Notes under the pieces: generated by a model
What the model was told of the DNA's origin: nothing
Database searches by the model: none
The model's input: the letters and a program-made list of their open reading frames with translations, nothing else
Translations under genes and position numbers: made by a program
DNA from: a virus
Lineage: Duplodnaviria > Caudoviricetes
Length of the DNA stretch: 64,000 bases
Direction: 5' to 3' (one strand)
Virus record (IMG/VR): IMGVR_UViG_3300028591_000164
Coordinates: 17,948-81,947 of that record
Part shown: positions 36,887 through 47,414 of the stretch, one piece after another
Layout of the letters: every line of letters begins with the position of its first letter
Position numbering within the stretch: position 1 is the first letter of the stretch

Positions 36887-38496
36887 TTAGATTCCCCTTC
36901 CCAATCAATTTCTAATTCTTTTGAAGGTGTAAATATCTCCATTTTAGTATCATTAGTAATTGGATTATTGTTAGAATCCGTCATAAATAAATCTCTTCTG
37001 TAACCCGTGCCTAAATGTAGATTTAACCAAATCCTTACGTTCTTAAAACGTCCGCGGCGCATTTTATAGATGTCAATAACATGAGTTGGTTTACTATCAT
37101 CTTCTAAATATTTACTACTTATAATGCCTTCGCGCACAGCCATACGAAAATTAGGAAGCAACTTTTGCCATGTTTGTTCACTGACTCGCGTCATTACATA
37201 ACCCATATCGCACTTATCAGCTACTGCCTTACTGCCGCGAATACACATCTCATTTTTAAATTCTCCATCATCACCCATTGCCATCGCATTAACCTGTGTC
37301 GCGGAAAAAATAAAAACATTGTAATCTTTGGCAACCTATTTTAACTGATTTGCCATCATCATTAGGATTGTATCTTCTCTTAAATTATTTTTAGCAAATT
37401 CATTAACCATACTCGCGGTTGTGTGAATATAGTCAAAGAAAATATATTTTACTTTATCCAGTGTGGCATATTTTCTAATTGTCGCTTCAACATTTACAAG
37501 ATTTGGCTCGCTAATTTCTTCAATTATAAAATAGCCACTATATTTTTCTATAATTTTTCCAGCATATCTAACACGCTGTTCTTCACCTAATTCATATTCG
37601 CCGCGAAGTATATGGTCCTCATTAACACCAGATAAATAAGCCAACATAATCGTTTGTAATTCTTCTTTATCCATCTCTGTTACGATAAACAATACTTTTC
37701 TTGGCTTATATACTTCTCCTGTTACATTATCTGCTTCTTGAACAAAAGTATTTTTTTCATGCGACCATTTAATTGGATATGCTAATCTACAAGCATCAAA
37801 TACCGAAGTTCTCGTCTTACCCGCGTTCGTGCTTGCTGATTTTAAGAAGAAACATCCTTCTCTCGCACCGCGGCACGCATAATTAAATAATTTTCCTTCC
37901 AAGTTCGGTCCAATATCTGGACTTTGTTTTAATCTATCTATTAAAGCAAAAATGCCCTCTGCCGGGTCTCCTTTTGCTTTTCCACCATTTAAATAATCAT
38001 TTCTAATTATATTGTATTTACTTTCTACTGTATTTAGAATTTCTTCAAGTGTCGCATTATTAAATCTTTCTAATGTTTTTACTTCTTTTAATGGGTCATC
38101 ATTTTCTTTATCATCTATATAATAATCACTAATATCATATTTATCTTCTTTTAATCTACGAAGCAATGAATACTTTTTTAATCTTTGATAATACATATCA
38201 AAGTTACTTCCTGATGAAGAAGCATATTCATATGCATTCTTTAAATACTCTAATCCGCCTTCTCTTTCATAAGCACTATATATTTTATCACGCCTGGCAA
38301 ACTCTTGGTCTACTTCCGCAGGAGTTAATGTTTTTGCTCCTTGTGTATATAAATATCTAATAACGCCCATGCACCTTCGTGCGATTTCTAAATCAAAATC
38401 AGCTGGGGTTAAATCTGGATATTCCAAAAAGAGAAGTGGATTATGGATTAATGCGCCAACAATTGCTCGTTGTGCTGCTGTATCTGATAAAACCAA
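36883..38496 (-). CDS. dnaB: DnaB-like replicative helicase, 537 aa (1 TAG)
   Basis: Walker A ASTNAGKT, FIVTEMD and FFDYI. Read-through at 37336 gives LK(Q)VAKDYNVFIFSATQVN, then RGSKAVADKCD. Confidence 0.88.
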
Positions 38497-38508
38497 TTAA
38501 ATCCCCTC

Positions 38509-38988
38509 TCATTCAAACCATTCATCAAGATTTTCTTCTTGTTCCTCATCTATATTTTCCCGTATTGATACAGGCTTTTCTACAATTTCTATCGCGGCTG
38601 CCGCGGCTAATTGTCCGGCCGCTGCGCTTTGCTGCCTTTTATACTGTTTCATTTTTTCTACATTTGTAGGTGTTACTAAACACAAAGATTTAGATAGCAC
38701 TTTTAACTTTAACACATTATATAAATAATCCAGACAATCACTAATAGTATTATCTGTATAACCATATTTTATTATTATTCGTTTTCTATCTTTCATTATT
38801 CGCGGCCATAATTTCTGGTCATTACCAAATATAGAAACGATTTTTAATTTTAACGCATCAAAATCTTGCTGTTCTTTTAAACATTTTTTGCAATAACTAT
38901 GATAGGTTTTATACCCGGGTGCGCAATAATCAATTAATTCGTCTTTACGAAAATTATCATGACATTTCCAACATCTTTTACTATCCAT
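38509..38988 (-). CDS. Hypothetical protein with N-terminal CxxC...CxxC, directly upstream of the helicase (possible loader)
   Basis: Track ORF; CWKC...CKKC; the loader role is inferred from position only. Confidence 0.5.
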   Translation of the reverse strand: MDSKRCWKCHDNFRKDELIDYCAPGYKTYHSYCKKCLKEQQDFDALKLKIVSIFGNDQKLWPRIMKDRKRIIIKYGYTDNTISDCLDYLYNVLKLKVLSKSLCLVTPTNVEKMKQYKRQQSAAAGQLAAAAAIEIVEKPVSIRENIDEEQEENLDEWFE

Positions 38989-39009
38989 TTATATTTCACC
39001 TCTATAATT

Positions 39010-39038
39010 ATTATAACATAAGTTTAAAAGAAAGTCAA
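39010..39038 (-). promoter_or_regulatory. SigA-type promoter for the helicase-primase-recJ operon
   Basis: TTGACT-17-TATAAT. Confidence 0.8.
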
Positions 39039-39040
39039 AT

Positions 39041-39073
39041 AAAACAAGGACGTTTCTAAATTTGAAACGTCCT
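39041..39073 (-). terminator. Intrinsic terminator
   Basis: AGGACGTTTC-7 nt-GAAACGTCCT followed by TGTTTTATTT on the minus strand. Confidence 0.8.
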
Positions 39074-39089
39074 CTCCGCTCTTTTGAGC

Positions 39090-40088
39090 TTACATTAAAT
39101 CTTTCATTTCATCTATAAACAATTCAACAAGGTCGGTTTGTGAAGGCACCGCCTGGCTGAGTTTAAAATCTTCTGAGCCAAATACTCGCTTAATAATATC
39201 GCGCATAATGTTAGCGTGCTGATCTTTTTCTTCTTCATTAGCGGCTATATCTAAATAATGAATCCAGATTTGCTTGGCTTCTTCCATAACTTCTTGGAAT
39301 GGACGCGCCTTAACCTGCGCGATTTCAGTATGGTCAGTTACTTCTGCTCCATCCTTTACGACTGCTTGGTCAATTGCGTCGCCAATCGCATCTACAAGCT
39401 CTTTATAACCAAACTTGATTTTAGGTGCTAGATATTGATACCTTGAACCCGCGAAAACAGTTGGAGTAGAACGTGTATATAAATAGCGCTCTGTTGTTCC
39501 ATCCGCGTTCATTTGAACTTGGAGATAACCAATAATGTCTACAATACTATTTATAATTGTATAAGCATTATTTGGTAGGTCTGGGGCGACCGCGGTAATT
39601 GGATTCCCTTCTTCATCACGCATTTCAGTTGGCTTTTCCTTACTATGTGCAATGAATAGAATACCAAATCCTAGTAGAGTAATCTCACGCCAACATTCAG
39701 AAAACTCATTCTTAACCATTCCCCATCCTTGACCCCAAGGAATGTCTCTAATAGAATCAACTGATTCACGCTGTTTAATATATTCTTCACAAAGTTGCCA
39801 AGCAATAGAAGCTGTATCAACGACAATGCTATCATACATTTCGCGTGCCTGCGGCTTACGTAGCTGGCTTAGTACCTTTTTAAAGTCCGTCCAACGAAGA
39901 ATAGGCACGCCGCGAATACCAGCAAGAGCGTTTGTACCCTATTCAAAGTTAAGGAATAATGCGCGTGGTAACTAAGAACCAAATGTAGACTTGCCGGTTT
40001 TTGGCTAGCCATATATCAGCAAGAACTTTCCTTTAAGGTCGCGAGAAATCTTACTTGGTTCGAGGTTGAAAATGTCAATATTCGCCAT
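39090..40088 (-). CDS. Sak4/AAA_24-like ATPase (phage recombination / ssDNA annealing), 332 aa (3 TAG)
   Basis: Upstream extension MANIDIF...LIYG(Q)PKTGKST gives Walker A; Walker B IVVDT; upstream SSB gene. Confidence 0.8.
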
Positions 40089-40102
40089 ATGTCATCCCTC
40101 CT

Positions 40103-40130
40103 AAAATAACCTGGGAGAATTACTCCCAGG
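40103..40130 (-). terminator. Terminator-like hairpin at the end of ssb
   Basis: CCTGGGAG-TAATT-CTCCCAGG followed by TTATTTT. Confidence 0.65.
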
Positions 40131-41010
40131 TATACTTATTAGAGGTTGCCGCAGGAGCAGGAGTGGTGCTCTTGTTCTTTGCATCAATTTGTAGCTGTTC
40201 AATTTCAGCCTTACGGGCATTAAAGCCTTTCTTAATTTCAACTGGGTCATATGCGAAATCTTCTTCCTTACCTTCATCATCACCCTTGGTAATAATAAGT
40301 TCACGCACCATACGAGTTGTAGTGTCAGGAACATCTTCGCCCCAAGAACTTGTAGAAGGTGCAGACTTCTCTTCGGTAGAAGTTACACGAATACGGCCCT
40401 TTACAGTGTTAGTATCATTTGGATTCCAATGGCTGCTGATATAATCAACCGCGTCAGGATTTTCTACAATAAACTGTAAAACATCAAGCTTGCCGCCATA
40501 CTGAACTAGCGCGCCCTTGATAATTAGACGACCAGTAGGATCGCCATCGCGGTCAAGCTCATCAGTCATATCCATGATGAAAATATCTAGAATAAAAGAT
40601 GCGACTTCGGGGGTATTACCAGCATTAACGAAAGAGGTATTAATCTGCCAACCAGTAATTAGCTGACCACTCTTAGATACAAAGTTATTTTCACGAATAT
40701 TCGCACCAGTAATACGAATCGTATCCGCGCCGTCAATGCCATGATCCTGCGCAGTCTTCATCTTACGAAGGTCCTGAATGCTCTGCCACGCGGGATTAAG
40801 AGTACCCTTCTGCGTGAACTGAGAAGCAAACATGCTTACAGGGATTTCACTTACTTCGTCATGGTCGCCATAATGCTGCGCTACACGAACGGTGATGTTC
40901 GCGCGCTCATATGGAACGCCCGCCTTGGTCTTACCACTATTAAAAGTTGCGTCTAGAAGCTTACCTACAATTGTTACCTTATTTGTTGATTGATCCATTA
41001 ATGTTTTCAT
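40120..41010 (-). CDS. Probable single-stranded DNA-binding protein (two OB-like halves), 296 aa
   Basis: NKVTIVGKL start, GE...V..GRI pattern and a Pro/Ala linker with an aromatic-acidic tail; next to Sak4. Confidence 0.6.
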   Translation of the reverse strand: MKTLMDQSTNKVTIVGKLLDATFNSGKTKAGVPYERANITVRVAQHYGDHDEVSEIPVSMFASQFTQKGTLNPAWQSIQDLRKMKTAQDHGIDGADTIRITGANIRENNFVSKSGQLITGWQINTSFVNAGNTPEVASFILDIFIMDMTDELDRDGDPTGRLIIKGALVQYGGKLDVLQFIVENPDAVDYISSHWNPNDTNTVKGRIRVTSTEEKSAPSTSSWGEDVPDTTTRMVRELIITKGDDEGKEEDFAYDPVEIKKGFNARKAEIEQLQIDAKNKSTTPAPAATSNKYTWE

Positions 41011-41036
41011 ATTATTTTTTCTCCATTTTTTTCTTT

Positions 41037-41065
41037 ATTATATTATAATTTTTATTTTCTGTCAA
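41037..41065 (-). promoter_or_regulatory. SigA-type promoter for ssb
   Basis: TTGACA-17-TATAAT. Confidence 0.8.
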
Positions 41066-41070
41066 TTTTT

Positions 41071-41100
41071 AAAATGGACGGTTCCTTTTTGGAACCGTCC
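41071..41100 (-). terminator. Intrinsic terminator
   Basis: GGACGGTTCC-5 nt-GGAACCGTCC followed by ATTTT on the minus strand. Confidence 0.8.
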
Positions 41101-41155
41101 ACAGTAAATGTTTTTACATTTACAGAAACTGTTCCCACGCTGGTGGGTCAGATAA

Positions 41156-41515
41156 TTAGGCGTTTTCCTTCGCAGCCTTAGCAGCAGCGCGTTCAGCAGC
41201 ACGAGCAGCCTTCGCGGCTTCCTTAGCAGCTAGCTTCTCAGCTTCCTCGGCAACAGGATCGTAGGATAGACCTGCTTCGGTTAGAGTGTGATATAGAACA
41301 TTCTTAACCTGAGCCTTACGGGTCTCAGTAGCTTCGGTCACAACGACTTCCTCACTACGGGTATTCTTGGCATAGCCCTTCTTAATTAGACCATTTAGGC
41401 TGCCAGTGACGGCGGGAACGGAAATACCTAGAGCCTCTGCAATCTAGGCCTTAGAAAATTCGCTACCATAGTTCTTCTTTAGATAATTTAGCACAAGTTC
41501 TGAGTTCTGAGTCAT
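41156..41515 (-). CDS. Winged-helix DNA-binding protein with Ala/Lys-rich tail, 119 aa (1 TAG)
   Basis: MTQNSELVLNYLKKNYGSEFSKA(Q)IAEALGISVPAVTGSLNGLIKKGY is a MarR-like HTH; the track caught only the C-terminal half. Confidence 0.75.
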
Positions 41516-41601
41516 AATAATCAATCTCCTTTTGTTTTAAAAAATTTATTTATTTTATTTATATTAAAGCGGTAGGTTTTCCCTTCCCTCTTTATATACA
41601 T

Positions 41602-41630
41602 ATTATATCATACTTTTAAAGAATAGTCAA
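41602..41630 (-). promoter_or_regulatory. SigA-type promoter; a second copy lies at 41686-41714
   Basis: Two tandem TTGACT-17-TATAAT elements upstream of the wHTH gene. Confidence 0.75.
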
Positions 41631-41706
41631 ATATTTAATTCTGTTTTATATTTAAGAATTTTCATTTGCTCTTCTTTACATTTATATTATATCATGAATT
41701 TTTATT

Positions 41707-42078
41707 TTAGTCAAATAATTGATGGACTAATTTTTCAAATTCTTCGGGCTTATCTTTTGTTTCATCTATAATTCTAGAAAGCTTAGGAATGGTGTCTGTT
41801 TTGTACCCATTAATTGCTTTCTGATACATAGTCACTTGGTCTTGTAGGTTATTAGTAATCATATATGACGCGGCAAGTAGCTTTGTATAATCATTATAAG
41901 TAGGTGTACCGCCATCTTTTAGTCTATCATGAAGTTCCATATAGTCATCACGCATAGACTCCGCAACTTTATAACCCTTATCGTCATTCTTCTTCTTATC
42001 ATAATCCATAACTCTTTCAGCCAATGTCGCGGCGGATAGAGCCATCTCTATAAATAAATTTTGATATTCTTTCTTCAT
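41707..42078 (-). CDS. Hypothetical helical protein, 123 aa
   Basis: Track ORF with a GAGG RBS. Confidence 0.65.
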   Translation of the reverse strand: MKKEYQNLFIEMALSAATLAERVMDYDKKKNDDKGYKVAESMRDDYMELHDRLKDGGTPTYNDYTKLLAASYMITNNLQDQVTMYQKAINGYKTDTIPKLSRIIDETKDKPEEFEKLVHQLFD

Positions 42079-42088
42079 TTTATTAACC

Positions 42089-44476
42089 TCACATAATTTT
42101 AATTACAGCATTAGAATTACGTGCATCTATAATTTGCACGCCCGCAGTATTGCGACTCTGTACAGGAATACTATTGATTTCAAGTAGAACTGCCTTGTTA
42201 TTGGCGGTTACAAAAATCTTATCCATTTCATCTGTAATTGCGCACATTGCGGCAAGCTGCTCATCTTTTAAATTCATTACTATCGCGCCTTTTGCTCCGC
42301 GCGCGGTTTCTGAAAATTCTTCTAATCCAGTAATTTTTCCACGTCCAGAACTAGAAATTGTTAGTAAGCCACGATATGTAATATTTTCTCTAATAAGTGC
42401 AGCGCATGATACATATTCATCTTTATTTAATTTAATTGCTTTAACGCCCTTTGTTGCGCGCCCAGTAGAACTTACTTCTGATAGATTGTAATAGTTATAA
42501 GAACCATTTACATTGCCAATAAATACTTTATCATTATCAGAATGAGATAGATATACGCCTATTAGTGTATCATTCTCTTCAATTTTTACCGCGACTAAGC
42601 CTTTCTTATTTCTACTATTATACTCCTTAACCAACGTCTTTTTAATAAATCCATTTTTACTTATCGTAATAAGATATTTGTATGCATTTAAGGAAGTTGT
42701 ATCAATTAATAGAATAGGTTTTTCGTCATCTTGAAGCGCGATTAATTCATAAACAGAATAATCTTTATCAGTATCTAACTCTCCAAGTGAGAAGCTATAC
42801 ATTCTACCGCGATCAGTAAATGCCGCGATCGTACCAAGATTTGTAGAATACAAAGTGTTAATTAAATTTGCGTTCTTTGGCGGCTTAATATTAACACCCT
42901 TTCTGCCGCGTTTTGCGCCTTGAAGATTATCTTTTTCAATTAAACGAATCATGTTATTATCAAATAACATAATACCCAATTCTTTTTCTTCAATTGGTTC
43001 AGTCGATTCATCATCTTGTTCTACTATATTTAGTATCTTTGTTCTACGTTCATCACCAAATTTAGTAGCAACATCACGTAAAATTTTAATTAGTTCATTA
43101 TCCAAAGCCGTAGAATCATTTAATAAGTAGTGGCACCACTCAATTTTTTCAGTAAGTTCTTCAGCTTCGTTATTCAATTTTACTATGTCTAATTTTGTTA
43201 ATGAAGAAAGCTTCATAGCGAGAATTGCTTTGGCTTGTTCTTCATTAAAATCGTATTTTAAAATTAGTTTTTCCGCAGCTTCGGTTGGATTTGAAGACGC
43301 GCGAATAAGTGCTACAACTTCATCAATAATTGAATACGCCTTAATTAGACCATCTACAATGTTTTTTCGCGCGAGAGCCTTATCTAAATCAAATTGAACG
43401 ATATTGCGCTCACACTCGCGGATGTGTTTAATATACGCATCACATGCTGCACGCCAACCAAACAATTTAGGAAATCTACCTTGGTCTAGTAAAATCATAT
43501 TTACAGAATACCAATTTTCTAGTGAGGTATCCTTATATAATTTTGCTATCATTTTATTTGGATTTGTGCCCTTCGTTAAATAAATACGAATGTCTGCGGT
43601 TTTCTTTGTGTGGTCTACAACACGCTCAATTCCATAACTTTCATTTTCACTGGTTATTGCCGCGAGTTGGTCAATTACTGTATTTGTAAATACACCATAC
43701 GGTAATTCTGTTGCTTGAATCATATTCTGGTCAGGGAAATATTCAAGTTTCGCACGTAAGCGAATTGACTCACCCTTACCAACACGTAGACTTTCTTTTA
43801 CTTGCGCAGCATTTGTAATTGTGCCACCAGTCGCAAAATCTGGTTTACAATAAATTTCATTAAAATCTATATCTGGATTTTGAATAATTTTAATAAGTGC
43901 TTCATTTACTTCGCGTAAATTAAACTGCGGAACAGAGGTTGCCATAGCAACAGCGATACCAGAACATCCATTTACAATATTCCAAAATCCAATTGAAGGA
44001 AATACGGATGGAATTTCTTCTGTATCATCATAATTCCAATATTTCTGATTTCCAATCGCATTCTTTTTTAATCCATCAAAGAGAATATTCGCGGTTTCTG
44101 CCGCTTTCATTTCTACATAACGCGCGGCCGCGTGACTATCTGGTGAAGATGGATTACCATAGTTACCTTGAACCGCTTCAAGGGGATAACGATATGACCA
44201 AGGACGGGCTGCGCGGATAAATGTATCATACATCGCAGCGTCACCGTGAACATATGATTGCGTCATTGCCGCGGCGACGCTTTTCTGTGCTTTCTGATAC
44301 TTATCTTTATATGTAAGTTTATTTGTAAATTGTGCATACAAGCCTTGCCGCAGACCAATTTTCAGCATATCTCTTACATCTGGAATTGCTCGTTCCTGCG
44401 CGACCGATGCAGCATAGGCTAAGAATGCACTTTCAGTAGTTTTTTGGAAGTCTACTTCTTTAATCAATGGGTTCAC
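42089..44476 (-). CDS. gyrA: Type IIA topoisomerase subunit A (GyrA/ParC family)
   Basis: RAIPDVRDMLK, VHGDAAMY, catalytic AAARYVE, GIAVAMAT and C-terminal beta-pinwheel repeats. Confidence 0.92.
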   Translation of the reverse strand: MNPLIKEVDFQKTTESAFLAYAASVAQERAIPDVRDMLKIGLRQGLYAQFTNKLTYKDKYQKAQKSVAAAMTQSYVHGDAAMYDTFIRAARPWSYRYPLEAVQGNYGNPSSPDSHAAARYVEMKAAETANILFDGLKKNAIGNQKYWNYDDTEEIPSVFPSIGFWNIVNGCSGIAVAMATSVPQFNLREVNEALIKIIQNPDIDFNEIYCKPDFATGGTITNAAQVKESLRVGKGESIRLRAKLEYFPDQNMIQATELPYGVFTNTVIDQLAAITSENESYGIERVVDHTKKTADIRIYLTKGTNPNKMIAKLYKDTSLENWYSVNMILLDQGRFPKLFGWRAACDAYIKHIRECERNIVQFDLDKALARKNIVDGLIKAYSIIDEVVALIRASSNPTEAAEKLILKYDFNEEQAKAILAMKLSSLTKLDIVKLNNEAEELTEKIEWCHYLLNDSTALDNELIKILRDVATKFGDERRTKILNIVEQDDESTEPIEEKELGIMLFDNNMIRLIEKDNLQGAKRGRKGVNIKPPKNANLINTLYSTNLGTIAAFTDRGRMYSFSLGELDTDKDYSVYELIALQDDEKPILLIDTTSLNAYKYLITISKNGFIKKTLVKEYNSRNKKGLVAVKIEENDTLIGVYLSHSDNDKVFIGNVNGSYNYYNLSEVSSTGRATKGVKAIKLNKDEYVSCAALIRENITYRGLLTISSSGRGKITGLEEFSETARGAKGAIVMNLKDEQLAAMCAITDEMDKIFVTANNKAVLLEINSIPVQSRNTAGVQIIDARNSNAVIKIM

Positions 44477-44497
44477 TTCCTTTTCTTTATTTATTAT

Positions 44498-44526
44498 ATT
44501 ATACTATAAAATTTAATTATTGTCAA
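44498..44526 (-). promoter_or_regulatory. SigA-type promoter for the topoisomerase A subunit
   Basis: TTGACA-17-TATAAT; the -35 box overlaps the endonuclease stop. Confidence 0.75.
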
Positions 44527-45464
44527 TTATTAATTAACCATTTATCTGACATAATATTTTCTAATGTAATTTTATCATAATCCCAGTATGGAATGCGTTT
44601 TAAGGGAATATTATGGGATTTTGCATATTCATCTTTTATCTTATCATATATTTGTCGTTCTTCAAGTGTTGTATTACCACGATCAGTTTCTTCAAAATGT
44701 TGTGTCCCATCAAATTCAAGTAAAAATTGATTATTTATAAGAAAATCATATTTGAGTTTATAATGTTTTGGTGAAATTAAATCATCATATACCTTTTGAG
44801 TTTTGAATGGTATGTTATTTTTTAATAATAATTGAATTATTTTTTCTTCGCCTTTTGAACGTATACAACCGCAACTCATTGTATGGCCACTAATTAATTT
44901 ACTAGTAACCACTTCACATGTATTGCCACAATCGCATTTACACAAATGGACCCTTTCTCCACGATTATTAGAGTAAAGATATGATAATACAGTTAATTTC
45001 CCAAATTTTTTCCCAATTATATCTTTTCTAGAACTTAAAGAAGCCTGTAATTTTTGCTCACAACCACAACTTTTTGTATGTCCTGTAGTTAAACAAGAAG
45101 TAATTACATAGGTTATATTACCGCAATCACATTGACATTTCCAAAGTCTTTGTCTATAATTATTACTTCCAACTGGTTCTAAAACTAATAATTTATTAAA
45201 TTTTTTTCCAACTAAATTATACCCTTTAGTAAGAGCATTTGTTTCTTTTCTAAAACATCCGCAAGATATAGTATGACCATTGCGAATATTTCCGCCAGAA
45301 GCAGTAAAAATATTTCCACAATTACATTTACATTTCCAATATATTTGTTTTGATTGAATATGCATTTTTGTATATTCTAAATCTTCTTCTATAACTATAA
45401 TACGACTATTGGGTACGCCATGCTCTTTCATAACCCAACCAGTCATATCAATTTTTTTCGCCAT
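44523..45464 (-). CDS. Free-standing homing-endonuclease-like protein (three CxCxCG repeats + Vsr/DUF559-like nuclease domain)
   Basis: Repeats WKCKCNCGN, WKCQCDCGN and HLCKCDCGN with SCGC; C-terminal LKYDF...EFDGTQH...RIPY. Confidence 0.7.
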   Translation of the reverse strand: MAKKIDMTGWVMKEHGVPNSRIIVIEEDLEYTKMHIQSKQIYWKCKCNCGNIFTASGGNIRNGHTISCGCFRKETNALTKGYNLVGKKFNKLLVLEPVGSNNYRQRLWKCQCDCGNITYVITSCLTTGHTKSCGCEQKLQASLSSRKDIIGKKFGKLTVLSYLYSNNRGERVHLCKCDCGNTCEVVTSKLISGHTMSCGCIRSKGEEKIIQLLLKNNIPFKTQKVYDDLISPKHYKLKYDFLINNQFLLEFDGTQHFEETDRGNTTLEERQIYDKIKDEYAKSHNIPLKRIPYWDYDKITLENIMSDKWLINN

Positions 45465-45468
45465 TATA

Positions 45469-47340
45469 TCACCTATTCAAAATATTAAAATCAACATTCT
45501 CAAATAAGAATTCTCTTCTACCTTCAACTTCCGGTCCCATTAGTATCATTAAACTTTCCGCTGCGGCTTCAACATCATGAATAGTAAGAACTTCAAGGCG
45601 TCTTTCAGTTGGATGAAGCATAGATTTTTCCATATCATCTGCACTTAATTCGCCCAACCCTTTTGCCCTTGTGATATCCCAATTTTCACGACCTTTTCTA
45701 ATAGAAGCAAGTTCATTATCATCATAAGCGAATAATTTTTGATTACCTTTTTCAATTTTATAAAGTGGAGCGCGAAGCCAACACAGACGGCCTTCCATTA
45801 CAAAAGAGGGCATTAGTGTATGGAATAAAGTTGCAATTAGACACATAATAGAATATCCATCAACATCAGCATCTGTTGCAATTGCGACTTTACCATAATT
45901 TAATTTTCTACTATTATATTTTTCTTGAATGCCACATCCAAGCGCCATAATAATATCAGATACTTCCTGATTTTCAAGACATTCATCAAGCGGATGCTTC
46001 AATAAATTTTTAACCTTTCCGCGCACAGCGTATAACGCTTCTTTATTAACATCACGTGCGGGCATCAGGCCGCCAAGAGCAGAATTACCTTCACAGATAA
46101 TAAGCATAGAATCTTGGCCATGCTTTTCGCAATCTTTAAATTTATCTGATGAAGTAATTTTTTGTTTCTTATGTTCTATCTCTTTTTTCTCAAAATTAAG
46201 AACGCCCTGACGTGCTTTTTCAGCCGCGGCCTCAGCCTTCTTATCGCGCGCAAGTAAAGCAATAATTTTATCAAAATCTTCTCTATTTTTTACAATCCAG
46301 TCTTTAATTGCTTCGGTGAAAACAGTCTGGGTATAGCCACGAAGCTCTTGATTCTGAATCTTATCTTTAACCTGATTCTGATATATTGGATGCGGATGCT
46401 TGATATTAATAATTGTTACTAAACCTTTACGAATCATATCACTATCAAATGATTCTTTGGACTGGTCATTAATAGTGCGCGTAAAAGCAGTTTTCATACC
46501 TGTGATTGGAGTGCCGCCACCACTATTTAACGCGCCATTGGAAAATACATAACTTTTTTCTTTCCCCGCTGTCCATTGTGCAAAAACTTCAATATCAACA
46601 TTATCTTCAAAATGCTTATTAGCATAAATATAATTTTTATGTAATGGATTTGAAATTTTTGCCGCGGCGAAATCTTTTAAACCATTCTTTGATAAATAAG
46701 TAAAACGCTTGTCATTAGTGCCATCAATTAATATAAAACTAACATTAGGAATAAAATAACTAGTTAGTTCTAATTCATCTTTTATTCTATTTATATCAAA
46801 AGCAGGTGTAGCATCATCAATATGAAAAATACTTTTATCGGGCTTAAAATATATTGTAGTCCCTGTTTCTTTTGTCTTTCTTATTTGCTTAGCTACTGGA
46901 TTTTGTGGAATACCATCTATAAATGTAAGTTCCCATTCTGCGCCATCACGTCGCGTCCATACTGTAAATTGCTTTGAACAAACGCATACAGTAGAAGCAC
47001 CGACACCGTGCATACCGCGAACGCGCGAATAATTTTTAGTATCAAATTTTCCAGAGCTATGAGCAGAGGTATATAACTCAATTAGAACTTCTTCACAATC
47101 TTTATTGGGACCGCGAGGAACACCAGCACCCGCATCAGAAATTGTAATTTCATTGGGCATTACAAGTACTTCGATTTTATCGCCGCGGCCCATAATAGCC
47201 TCATCACAAGAGTTATTTAAAATTTCAAGAAAACAATTAAAAACTGCGTCTTGCCCATCAGCGCCAATATACATGCCAGGAGTTGTCCTCGCCGCGGTGC
47301 GAAAGTCTCTTACTTGAATTGAATTTGCATCATAAGCCAC
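45469..47340 (-). CDS. gyrB: Type IIA topoisomerase subunit B (GyrB/ParE family)
   Basis: PGMYIG, EILNNSCDE, GMHGVGAS, CEGNSA, RGKVKN, DADVDG and KGLGE. Confidence 0.93.
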   Translation of the reverse strand: MAYDANSIQVRDFRTAARTTPGMYIGADGQDAVFNCFLEILNNSCDEAIMGRGDKIEVLVMPNEITISDAGAGVPRGPNKDCEEVLIELYTSAHSSGKFDTKNYSRVRGMHGVGASTVCVCSKQFTVWTRRDGAEWELTFIDGIPQNPVAKQIRKTKETGTTIYFKPDKSIFHIDDATPAFDINRIKDELELTSYFIPNVSFILIDGTNDKRFTYLSKNGLKDFAAAKISNPLHKNYIYANKHFEDNVDIEVFAQWTAGKEKSYVFSNGALNSGGGTPITGMKTAFTRTINDQSKESFDSDMIRKGLVTIINIKHPHPIYQNQVKDKIQNQELRGYTQTVFTEAIKDWIVKNREDFDKIIALLARDKKAEAAAEKARQGVLNFEKKEIEHKKQKITSSDKFKDCEKHGQDSMLIICEGNSALGGLMPARDVNKEALYAVRGKVKNLLKHPLDECLENQEVSDIIMALGCGIQEKYNSRKLNYGKVAIATDADVDGYSIMCLIATLFHTLMPSFVMEGRLCWLRAPLYKIEKGNQKLFAYDDNELASIRKGRENWDITRAKGLGELSADDMEKSMLHPTERRLEVLTIHDVEAAAESLMILMGPEVEGRREFLFENVDFNILNR

Positions 47341-47368
47341 TATATCAATCCTCCTTTTCTTTCATTTA

Positions 47369-47414
47369 ATTATATCATAAATTAAAGAAAAAGTCAAGTT
47401 ATTTAACTTGACTT
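47369..47414 (-). repeat. Composite terminator/promoter repeat, copy 1 of 3 (others at 48258-48300 and 50089-50135)
   Basis: Inverted repeat AAGTCAAGTT-4-AACTTGACTT whose 3' arm is the -35 of TTGACTTTTTCTTTAATTTATGATATAAT. Confidence 0.75.
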
